Source of the DNA: Lama guanicoe
Lineage: Eukaryota
DNA length: 64,000 bases
Assembly: GCA_013239625.1 (NCBI GenBank)
Contig: MU054049.1
Coordinates: forward strand, 507,015 to 571,014
Reading direction: 5' to 3'
Under the pieces are notes generated by a model. The model was not told the DNA's origin, did not search any database, and saw only the letters and a program-made list of their open reading frames with translations. Made by a program: the position numbers and the translations under genes. Every line of letters begins with the position of its first letter. The first letter of the stretch is position 1. This document shows, piece by piece, positions 13,383-25,300 of this stretch.

Positions 13383-16300
13383 AAGAAAGGAAGGAAGAAA
13401 GAGAAAGGAAGGAAGAAAGAGGTAGGAAGGAAAGAAGGAAGGAAGGAAGGAAGGAAGGAAGGAGAAAAGAGAGAAAGGAGAATTTATCTTCTCAGTCCCC
13501 TCCCACCTCTCATTCCCATTAGTCTAGGGTCACCCAATAGGAAACTAGCACCGCCCCCACCCCGCATGTTCAGGTTTCAGCAGCAGGACCGCCTAGCTGT
13601 TGCTCAGAAAGTCAGATCCCGCAGCTCAGGCTGTGCCCTCTTAGCCGAGTCCACAGTGTAGGTGTGGGTGGTGCATCATCTAAAAGACCCAAATAGAGGG
13701 AATCTGAGAGGCACCCAAGTCTGTGTCCAACACAGGAGTCCAGGGATTCACCCCAGGGATCTTGACAGTATAGGAATGGGTGCTGAGGTAATTGCAAGTG
13801 GGGTGACAGAGCCCTGGCCCCTGCAATGGCGACTGTCACGCTGTCACTGTCGTGATCTGACTTGGAGACAAACCAGTCAGACACGGGTCCAGACAAACCA
13901 AACCTGTAAGCCGCTGAGGCCCTGTTCTCGGAGCCCAAAAGGCAAAGCAGCTCCTGTTCCAGGATGCCTCCTGGGAGGAGTGGACTTTCCAGATCCACAC
14001 TTTTCCCTTGAAGGGGAAAGAAACAGAATTCACTGACCTCTAAACGCCCACCATGCCCTGCCCAGTACTGTGTGCCTAGCTGACATCCTTCTTTCCTTAG
14101 ACTTTCTTCTTTTTAAAATTGAAAAGAATGTTTAACCAGAACTTTGTGCTATTCAAAAGCAAAACACAACTACGGAAAGACAAAAATCACCACGGATGTT
14201 GCCACCCAGGAATAATCACTGCAGACATGTTTTTAGAACTGTGTGTGTGCGTGTGTGTGTGTGTGTTTGTGTGTACACAACTAGGATCACACTGCACATA
14301 CGTACGTTTCATTTCTTTTCAAATCATTACATACGTTTCTACAGCTTCATTTTAATGCTGTCTTATTTCATGTCTGCTCTCACCAGACATTCAGCTTGTT
14401 TCCAGTTTATCACTAATGTCAACAATACAGCAGTGAACTTTGCTGCAGCTAAATCAATCTTTGCTCGTGCCTTGCGATATATCCCGGTTGAGGACTTGTT
14501 GGCGTCTGTTTTAGGATTTTGGCTCCATACTGCCCATGGTACTAATGCCCCAGACCATGGACCTACAGTTTTTTCAGCACTTTTCTTTTTTAATGTTTAC
14601 AATAAGGTGATGGATTAGGTCATATTAACCCCACTTTACAGATATAGAACTTGGGGCTCAGAGAAGTTCATTCGTCCTCATCTAAGAGGTAATAAGTTGC
14701 TGGAAAGAAAGCCTAGGAATAAAATTCTTTAAATCCATTCCTCGGGGCTGAGCTGGGGACGACCTAGGACCAGGTCTTCCCCAGAGGACGGGTCCAGAGG
14801 TGCTGCAGAGACACCACGTGCCTTACCTGAGATGCATCAGGCTGCTCTTCGTCACTCTGTCCTTGCAGCAGTTCAGGGGCCTTGAAAGGAGCTGCCTCTA
14901 TATGAGAAATATGGTCTTGGAAGGAAAGACTTCCGGCCGCAGAAAGTAAGGCTGACCAGGGGCAGACCACATAGTCTGAGGAATCTGAAACCAAGGCAGT
15001 GATGTGGGTATAGAGACAGAGCCACCGTCTGGAGGGCCATCTATGGGACTGTGCCCAGCAGGTGTCTTGCAGAACCTTCTCTGGGATAGACTGTGAGCAA
15101 GGACCGAGGAAACAGGGAGCAGAGGGAATTCAGCCCTGACATATTGCTGGCAGGAATGGTGGCTGCAGCAGTGGCTGGGAAACTAGCCCCTGCATCCAAA
15201 TTCATAGGTGACCCAAGAATCTCAAGGTAAAAGGTAAAAAGAGGTCAGGTCCACCTGGAAATTCGCACAAGTCTGAGTTCTCTAGAACCAAGTCAGGAAC
15301 CAAGTTAGCTGGTCTGCTGGACATACTATCGCTGTTCATCAGAACCTCCAAGGCAGGAAGGAGGGAGTGAAGACTCAGGAGGACGATGCAGCTGAGAGTG
15401 CAGGTGCACAGCCTCCCTTCAGCTCCCCACGTCGGGACTCTCACCCTGACTGCGCGTGTGTCATCTCCCGCGTGGGGAGCCTCCACCGCCTCCCGGCAGC
15501 CCCCGAGCACGTGTGACTTCTGAGTTGACATCTGAGTCTGGGCACTCAGTGTTTGTTCCAGTTATCAATTTAATGCCCAGGAAAAGCTGCAATACCAAGG
15601 CGGAAGCAGAGACTTTCCTCCAACTCTGCCCTTTGCCATGGGTCCAGAGACAGCGCTGCCTTCCCAGAGCAGCTCCGTGGGTGGGTGTCCTCTGCCTACT
15701 CATTCTAACATCTCGGACTGATGACGGATTGGGAAGCAGCATCCGGAGATGTTTAGGAAGCTTCCCGTTCAGCTCTCTGTGACTCAGCTGCCCCAGACAC
15801 ACTCTCTTACCATCACGAAGGTCTTCCAGGAGTCGCTCAGCAGCCAGGGACAAGAGGGACCAGATTTCCTCCTCAGACAGAGCTTCGCCCCGGACCTGCA
15901 GGACACTGGCCAGAGTCACAGAGGCCGGGCTCATGCCTGCAAAGACATGCGTGTGGCAGAGACCTTGTAATGCTCAGGAGCGTGTCTGGACTAGCAGTCA
16001 CCATGCCAGCCCAGGCATGGTCCAGCCCCCTCTGCAGCACACCAGCCCCATGTTTTATCACTTGCAACCCCGGGGCTGGGCACAGAGCCAGGCACACGAG
16101 AGAAGCTAAAGAAATATTCCCTGGGGTAGTGGCTGGCTGGGCTCGGCTGGTTCTCAGTGAATAAGTACATAAAAAATAAATAATCCTTCAATTAAGGGTT
16201 AAGTCAATAAATGAACAAATGAACCAAGAGAATGGCTCCCTCTGAGCTGGGCATGCGCTGTTGCAGAGAGCTTCCTTGCCCGGGGAATGTCTCTTGCCTG

Positions 16301-19300
16301 CTCTCCTCTCTGTCTGGGAAAGTGGGTTAACAACCTCTTTTGCGTCCAATGCATGATTCATGTCTTTTCCTCTTCGGCTGCCACATCCAGAGTTGGACTT
16401 GATGCCAGTACCAGCCCAGTCTCTAATGATCACTAACACCTGCCTGAGACTCGCTAGACGGAATAAGCCCTGTGTTTTGAAGAGGTGCAGACTCACAGGA
16501 AAGCACGGGACTGATTTGCTGGAGGAGGAGGTGAGGAAGGCTGGTCTTCTCTCCTTTCTCTTCCTAGAAGTGCTCCTTTAAACTAAAGCTGACATTTAAA
16601 TGTCTGTCCCCCTGACAAAGCTGCCACCCACTAATCTCCAGGTGCGGTGGCAGCAGGAAGAGGCCAGGCAGGCTTTTCCTAATCCATTTACGTCACCGAT
16701 CTTTTCCAGAGCCAGAGCTGGGAGGGCGGGTGTGCTGTGTTGGGGGCTGGCGGGGTGGGGAGCACATTATGGCCCCCCTCATCCTTCCATCCGATATGCT
16801 AATCCAGGCTCTCCTCTCACCAGCTGCTCTCTACATATGCCTCTAAGTCCAGCCTCCTGCAGTCTTAGGAAGAGAGACAGATTCCCAGGAGAGGAAGCCT
16901 GGCTCTTCTGTCTATCCCCCAGGGGCCAGAAGGGCACTACAGCAGGACCTGGGGAGAAGCTTTCTGTGTGAGATGCTATTTATCACAAGGAGTCTATGAA
17001 AAGGGGCTGTTGGTCCTATTTACAGGTAGGAAAGCAATCCAAGGGAACCTAGGAGAAGAAATGATGGAATCAAAACTGAAATACACTCACAGCGAAAAAA
17101 CAATGAATATATGTATGTTCATGTACAACTGAAAAATTGTGCTGTACACTGGAATTTGACACAACATTGTAAAATGACTATAACTCAATAAAAAAAAGTT
17201 AAAACAAACAAACAAAACTGAAATACAGGCCCTTTCTTGTCTTTCTTTTCTTTATTCTTCCTCCTACTTCTTTCAAACCTTTCTTAAAACCTATAGACTA
17301 CTAAAAAATGAAATCTCTGACTCTCAAAATAAAATATATGAAATGTGTTTTTTTCTAGTTACTTTATGACTAGAGAAAAATACATTGAAAGTCTAGAAAG
17401 GCCAGTGTAGCTAGTTAAGGCCATCGTTTCAGCATAGTAATTCAATGGAGGAAGGACAGGCTTTTCAACAAATAGTACTGGGCCCATCAAGAAAAAAACG
17501 CACCTTATACAAAAATTAACCCAAAATGGATGACAGATTAATGTAGAACATAAAATTATAAATTTTTAGAAAAAAATAGGACATGATATTTGGGATCTAG
17601 GACTAGGCAACAGGTTCTTAGACTTGACACCAAAAATACAAAGAAAAAAACTGACAAATTGGACCTCATCAAAATTAAAAACTTTTGCTCTTAGAAAGAT
17701 GCTGTTGGGGGGAGGATGTAGTTCAAGTGGCAGAGCACATGCTTAGCATGCACAAGGTCCTGGGTTCAGTCCCCAGTGCTGTCTCCAAACATAAATAAAT
17801 AAACCTAATTACCCCCCCAAGTTAATAAAAATAAATAAATAAAATTTAAGAAAAAGAAAGATGCTGTTAAGAAGATGGAAAGACAAGCTAAATACTAGGA
17901 GAAAATATTTGAAAACCACCTATCTGACAAAATATACATGTATAGAGTATTTATAAAGAACTCTCAAAACTCATCAATTAGAAAATAAACCACCCAATTA
18001 GAAAATGGGCAAAAGGCATGAACAGGCACTTCACCAAAGAGAATATACAAATGACAAAGAACAAAAGATGTTCAACATCACTAGCCCTTAGGGAAATGTT
18101 ACTACGGATCAAGAGGAGACAAATGAAAAATATGCCCAGTATGTAAGAGGGGGTCGAATAGTACCTAGCACAAAATAAACACTGTATAAATATTAGCTTT
18201 TGTGATTATTACTGGGCAACACTAACCTAGTACTCATAGGTAATTAATGTATGGTACTGAGATACTACAAAATTATTATGGTTATGGATGGTCTTAGATC
18301 CATTAGAAAAATGCTATATTCAACAAAGCAACATATTGAGTTTTTCTTATCTAATAGCCTACTAAGAGGGTTTAGGCTTGGTTGAATGAGATTTCTGCTC
18401 TTAATTTAATTTTGAGTGCCTCCTATAGAAGGAACACAACACCATCTACAGTCTTACAAAGGGATTAAACCTAAGTCAGATCAGGTCTTTGTATCCAGTT
18501 GCCATTGCTTTGAACTTTAGAAGATAAAGAATATTTTGAAATTGCAAAATCCAAACTTGGGAAACTCTACAAGTCAAACAGCCTGGGTTTTCAGCAAATA
18601 AATTATTTTAAAAAGAAGGAAGAAAGGAAGGAGAGAGGAATGAAAAGGAGGAAATGAGAATGGAATGCCAGAGTAAAAACCTCCCCAAAACTCTCCCCTC
18701 CATAAAGGCAATGATGAAACAAGCAGCCTTACAGACACAGTAAAGGTCAAAACATAGTTGTAGTTCTTTCAAAACCTCATTCTCAGAGAATTATTGTTAT
18801 TTGACCTGTCTGGCAGTTCCCTGGAAATCCCCTCACAATGTTTGCTAGTACTTTACCTGATTCGGAGCTTTCTCAGTACAAACTGTCTTTCCCCCTAGGG
18901 ACATTTCTCAAAAACAGTCAACAGCAATTGTTTAACATTGTATTTGCTAGAGATAGCAATAGCAGGTAGGCAAACAGCAAACTAATCAAAAAAACTTAAA
19001 AGAAGCAGCTGGGAAATAAGATGTCCATAGTAACCTTTGAAAATCTCCAAAATATCTCTGAGAGTCTAGAAGGCTACATGCTGGTACAGGGCTGTGAACA
19101 TGCCCAGCCTTGTACACATGCCAAGGGAAGAAATGGAAAGGTCCTAAACACTCACCTCTGACTGACCATGAGGCCCTGAGCAAGTATGAAGTGATGGCTA
19201 AGATAGAGCATCTTCTGCTTGGCTGAGTGTTGAAGGCATGTTCCCACACCACCCAAAGCCCTCCAGCAAAGACTGGGAGAATTATTGGTTACAAGCACTT

Positions 19301-22300
19301 AAAGAAATCCCTGTCTAATCATTAGATCACCACTAAATTAACTGAGCGGAGACTTCAGTGGCCATACATGACAAAGAATACAGACTTACAAAATTAGTTC
19401 AGGAAAGTAAATAAACAAACAACAAAAACAACAAATGGCAAAAACAACAAACCCTGGCAGGAGTGAGGGGATATGATTTTCAGAAGTGCCACATTATGTT
19501 ATTTTAAATGTCCAGTTTTCAACAGAAAAAGTATGAGACATTCAAAGAAACAAGAAAGTATAGCTCATAAACAGGTAAAAAGTAGTTAAATAGTCATTGT
19601 TCCTAAGGAATCCCGGATGTTGGACTTAACTAGAGAAAAATTTTATATCAGCTATTTAAAATATGTTCAAATTACTAAGGAAAGTCATGTCTGAAGAACT
19701 AAAGGAAAATATAGCAATAATATCTCATTAAATAGATAATATCAATAAAGAGAAAGTATAAAAAAAAAACCAAAAAGGAAAGTATGATAACTGAAATGAA
19801 AGAGGGAGGGAGCTCAACAACTGGTTTTATCAGGAAGGAAAAACAGTAAACTTGAAGACAATTGAGATTATCCGGTATGAGGAACAGAAAGAAAAAACTA
19901 ATGAAGAAAAATAAACAGAGCTCCTCAGAGACCTGTGGGATGCCATCACATTTGTCCGCATACGCATAATAGAAGTCACAGAAGAAGAGGAGAGAGAAAA
20001 ATGGACAGAAAAAAATATTTGAAAATTAATGGCCAAAAAATCCCAAATTTGATGAAAAAGATGACTCTACACATCTAAGAAGCTCAATGAACTCCAAGTA
20101 GAATAAACTCAAAGAAATCCATAGCTGGACACATGTTAATCAAGCTGTCAAAAATAGACAAAGAGAATATGGAAATCAGCATCACATATAAAGAATCCTC
20201 AATAAGATTAATGGCTTTGTCCTCAGAATCATGGAGGCCAGAAGGCACTTATATGACATATTCAAAATGCTAGGTAGCTGGGGAGAGGAAGAGGTTACCA
20301 ACCAAGAATTCTGTATTTAACAACAACAACAAAAATTTGAAATTGATAGAAAAATTAAGAAATACCCTCATAAGTAAAAACCAAGAATTTACAGGAAGCA
20401 GAGACTTGCCATCGAAGAAATCCTAAAAGAAATTCTTTAGACTGAAATGAAAAGGTACTAGACAAAAACTCAAATCCACATGGCAAAATAAGAGCAGTGG
20501 TGAAAGTGATTACATAGGTAAATATAAAAGATAATGAAAACAATTTTTGACTAGAACATGTTTTTCCTCCCATTGGATTTAGAAGACAACTGTATAAAGC
20601 AATAATTATAAATCTGTGTTGATTGGCATAGAGTGCATGAAGGTGTGATTTGTATGACAATAACAGCACAAAGGAGAGGGTAAGGAATAGAGTTATACAG
20701 GAATAAAATTTTATACACTATTGAAATTAATTTGATACTAATACAAACTAGATTGTTATAAATTATTAATTGTAATCCCCAGGGAAATCACTAAGACTAT
20801 AACTCCAAAAAGTATAATAACACAAATGATAAGGAAATTAAAACAATACAAGAGAAAATATCTATTTAATGGAAATGAAGGCAGTAATGGAGAGAAAGAG
20901 GGACAAAAAAGGGCATATGACCTGTAGAAAACAAACAGAAAAATGGCAAAAGTAAATCCTACCTTACCAGGAATTACATTAAAACTAAATAGATTAAGCA
21001 CTCCAATCAAAAGGCAGAGATTTTCAGAATTCATCTTTTAAAATATATGATCCAGAAGTAGGGTTCCTTCTGGATATAAGCCCAGGAGCGGTATTCCTGG
21101 GTCATATGGTAAGTCTATTCATAGTCCTCTGAGGAATCTCCATACTGTTTTCCACAGTGGCTGCGCCAAACTGCATTCCCACCAGCAGTGGAGTAGGGTT
21201 CCCTTTTCTCCACAGCCTCTCCAGCATTTGAAATTTGTGGACTTTTGAATGATGGCTATTCTGACTGGTGTGAGGTGATACCTAATTGTAGTTTTGATTT
21301 GCATTTCTCTGATAATTAGTGATATTGAGCATTTTTTCATGTGTCTATTGATCATTTGTATGTCTTCCTTGGTGAATTGCTTGTTTAGGTCTTCTGCCCA
21401 TTTTTGGATTGGGTTGCTTATTTTCTTCTTATTGAGTCGTACATAGCAGCATTATTTACAATAGCCAAGACATGGAAACAGCCTAAATGTCCATCAACAG
21501 ATGACTGGATAAAGAAGATGTGGCATATTTATACAATGGAATACTACTCAGCCATAAAAACTGACAACATAACGCCACTTGCAGCAACATGGATGCTCCT
21601 GGAGAGTGTCATTCTAAGTGAAGTAAGCCAGAAAGAGAAAGAAAAATACCATATAAGATCACTCATAAGTGGAATCTAAAAAAAAAAATCCCAAAGCATA
21701 AATGCAGTACAGAAATAGACTCATAGACATAGAATACAGACTTGTGATTGCCAAGGGGGTGGGGGGTGGGAAGAGAGAGACTGGGATTTCAAAATTGTAG
21801 AATAGATAGACAAGATTATACTGTATAGCACAGGGAAATATATACAAGATCTTATGGTAGCTCACAGAGAAAGGAATGTGAAAATGAATATATATATGTT
21901 CATGTATAATTGAAAAATTGTATTCTACACTGGAATTTGACACAAAATTGTAAAATGATTATAAATCAATAAAAAATGTTAAATAAATAAATAAAATAAA
22001 ATAAAATAAAATAAAATAAAATAAAATATGTGATCCAACTATATTTATCTACAAGAGACATACTTTAGATTCAAAGTCACAAATAAACTAAAAGTAAAAG
22101 TTTGGGAAAAAATATACCATGTAAACAATAACCAAAAGAGAGACTGGGGACAACATAGTATCTAAGACAAAAATTATTACTAGAAACAATGAAGGACATC
22201 ATGTGATGATAAAAGGGTCAATGTACCAAGAATATATATCAAAAATAAATATATATTACTTATGCAATACAGTCTCAAAATACATGATATGAAAATTAAC

Positions 22301-25300
22301 AGAATGAAGGGAGAAATGGACAATTAACAAAAATACAGACTTCATTACCACATTTTCAATAATGGATAGAAAAACTATAAAGAAGACAAACAAAGACTTT
22401 AACAACAATATAAATCAACTAATCTTAAATGACTTTATAAAGCATACCATCCAACAACAGCAGAATACACATACTTCTCAAGCACACATAAAACATTTTC
22501 CTGGATAAACCATATGCTAGATCATAACACAAGACTTGATAAATTTAAAAAGATTGAAGTTACACAAATTATGCATTCAGAAAACAACAGAATAGTTAGA
22601 AATTAATAAAAAATGAAAATTTGGAGAATTAACAAATGTAGACATTAAATACCATAAGTAGCCAATGGGTCAAAGAAGAAATCACAAGGAAAATTAGAAA
22701 ATGCTTTGAGATTAATAAAAACCAAAACACAATATACCAAAACTCATCAGCTGCAATTAAGTAGTGTTTAAAGGGAAATTATATCTGAAAATATGTATAT
22801 TAGCAAGAAAATAAAGATCTGAATTCAATAACCTAACCTTTCATCTTAAGAAACTAGAAAATTCATGGGTGATTTACAAGTGTAGCAAGACAAATCAATG
22901 AGTAAAGATGGTTTTTTTCAACAAATAGTGCTAAAACAAGTGGCTTCTACATGCAAAAGAATAAAGTTGGACTCCTACTTCACGTCATAAACAAAAGTAA
23001 ACTCAAAATGGGTCAAAGACCTAAACGTAAGAGCAAAAGATATAAAACTCTCAGAAGAAAACATTGGTGCAAAATCTACATGACTTAGGATTTGACAATG
23101 GATTTATAAATATGGTACCAAAAACATGAGCAGCAACAAAAAAACAGATAAATGAGACTTCATCAAAATTAAAAGCTTCTGTGCTTCTCTACTTAAAAAG
23201 TGAAAAGACAATTCACAGAAGGGGAGAAAATATTTGCCTATATGCCTGATAAGGGCACAGTATCCTGAATATATAAAGAACTTTCACATTTCAACAATAA
23301 AAGACAAATAACCCAGTTTAAAAATGGACAAAAGATATGAATAGACATTTCTCCAAAGAAGCTTTATCAAGTAACCAGTGAAGGACATGAAAAGATGCTC
23401 AACATCACTAATCATTAGGTAAGTGCAAATCAAACTACAATGAAATCATATTTCACATCTATAAGGATAGCTATAGTCAAAAGATGGACAACAGTAAGTG
23501 TGACAAAATGTGGAGAAATTGGAACCTTCGTATATTGCTGATGGGAGTATAAAGTAGTGTAGCCACTTTGGAAAACAGTTCAGCTGTTCCTCAAAGAGTC
23601 GATTGTAGAGTTACCATATGACTCAGCAATTTCACTCCCAGGTATATACCCAAGAGAAATGAAAATATATGTCTACACCTAAACTTGTGCACAAATATTC
23701 ATAGCTGCATTATTGATAATGTCCCCAAAGTGGAAACCACTCAAATATCCATTGACTGATGAATGGATGTACAAAATGTGGTATACACATCCAATGGAAT
23801 ATTATTCAGTAGTAAAAAGGAACGAAGTACTCACAGCTACATGCCAAAGATGAACAAATCTTTTTTTAAACCACTTCATTAAGGTAGGACTGACATACAA
23901 AAAGCTGTTTATATTTAATGTATGCAACTTGATGAGTCTGGAGATAAATATATACACATGAAACATAATGTGGCAATGACCACAATCTATGCCATTCAAA
24001 ATTGATGAATCTTGAAAACACTATGCTAAATGAAAGAAGCTAATCACCAGAGATCACATACTGTATGATTTCATTCCTATGAAATATCCAGAATAAACGC
24101 ATCAGTAGAGACAAAGTAGATTGGCAGTTGGCAAGGGTAGAGGGGAGGAGGAACTGAGGAATGACTGCCAATGGGTATAGAATTCTTTTGGCTGTGATGA
24201 CAATATTCTGGAATTAGTGGTGATAGTTAAGCAACTTAGTGAACATACTAAACATTTCTGAATTGTACCCTTTGAAAGATTTATTTTACAGTATGTGAAT
24301 TACATCTCAATAATTGTTTTTAAAAGAAGGAGCTAGAAGGGAACCTGTATTTAAGACATATCAACTTTTCTTTTAATGAGCAAAAGTAACTATAATGTCT
24401 ATGGATGCACATTTGAGGGGTACATAAAGCTGTAAATAAACAAAATGAAATGGTGACTGTAAAAGTCAGGATAATGGTTCCCTGTGGGTGAAATGGAATA
24501 TACTGAGGGGCTTCTGGAACTGGCGGCAAAGTTCTGTTTCTTGGACTGGCAATGGTTACACAGGTGTTCACCTGAAAATGACTCATTAAGCTTTCCATTT
24601 GTCCTATGATTCTCTGTTTCTGTTATTTTACAATAAAAATAAAGTTTAAAACAACTATAAGCATTGCCCTGCAAAAAATGTTCTTAAGAAAATCAAAAAA
24701 AAAAGGAAAAAAAATCCATTTCCACCTCCTTTCTTGAAATATGAATCTAACAACTTTCATTGGTTATGTTAAACTTGTCTGAAGAGTTATTCTGAAATCC
24801 TGCCCACAAATACTAACCAGCTAAAAGGCCCAACCATGCTTTCTCTCTATCTAGGGTAGATAAGGGAGCGTCCAACATCTAGAAAAACCACATCACTAAT
24901 CACATTGGCCAATCAAGCGCCCCTTGGCTGTTAGAGCTGAGTTTCTGGAGGCTTGAAGCTGTCGTTGTTGGAAGTGTCAGAATCACAGTTTCCTCATCAA
25001 ATGCAAGGCTGAACCCAGGAGTAAGCGCCAGCAAACTATCCATCATCTTTTCCATTAAAAAAATAAATCTGTCACACTTGTCCCAATGCACACACATGAT
25101 CTACTATAGAAAATGTGCACCTTCTGCTTTTCTGTACAAATTCCATCTGTCTCCATGATCACAGCTGAATAGTACTTTCTGCCCGCAGGCTAGGTTGGTG
25201 TTTGGAAAGAGTTTTGATGACTGGAACCATGCGGGGCTCTGGATTTCCATGGCAGCCCTGGTCACACCCTCCACTCTGATGAGGAATAATCCATTTGGGT

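Larger units (their letters stand above)
17430..24320 (+). mobile_element. Cluster of old L1 (L1M-type) remnants: ORF1, ORF2 endonuclease/RT fragments and 3' UTR, with nested younger insertions
   Basis: A-rich plus strand with degenerate ORF1 (19560-20330) and ORF2 motifs (ccaatcaaaaggcagaga, ctacaagagacatac, aaaatggacaaaagatatgaatagacatttctcc); many stops and frameshifts. Confidence 0.85.

Noticed and set aside
12965..13661. Long K/E/R-rich ORFs (185 and 169 aa)
   Set aside because: Artefact of the stop-free polypurine microsatellite.
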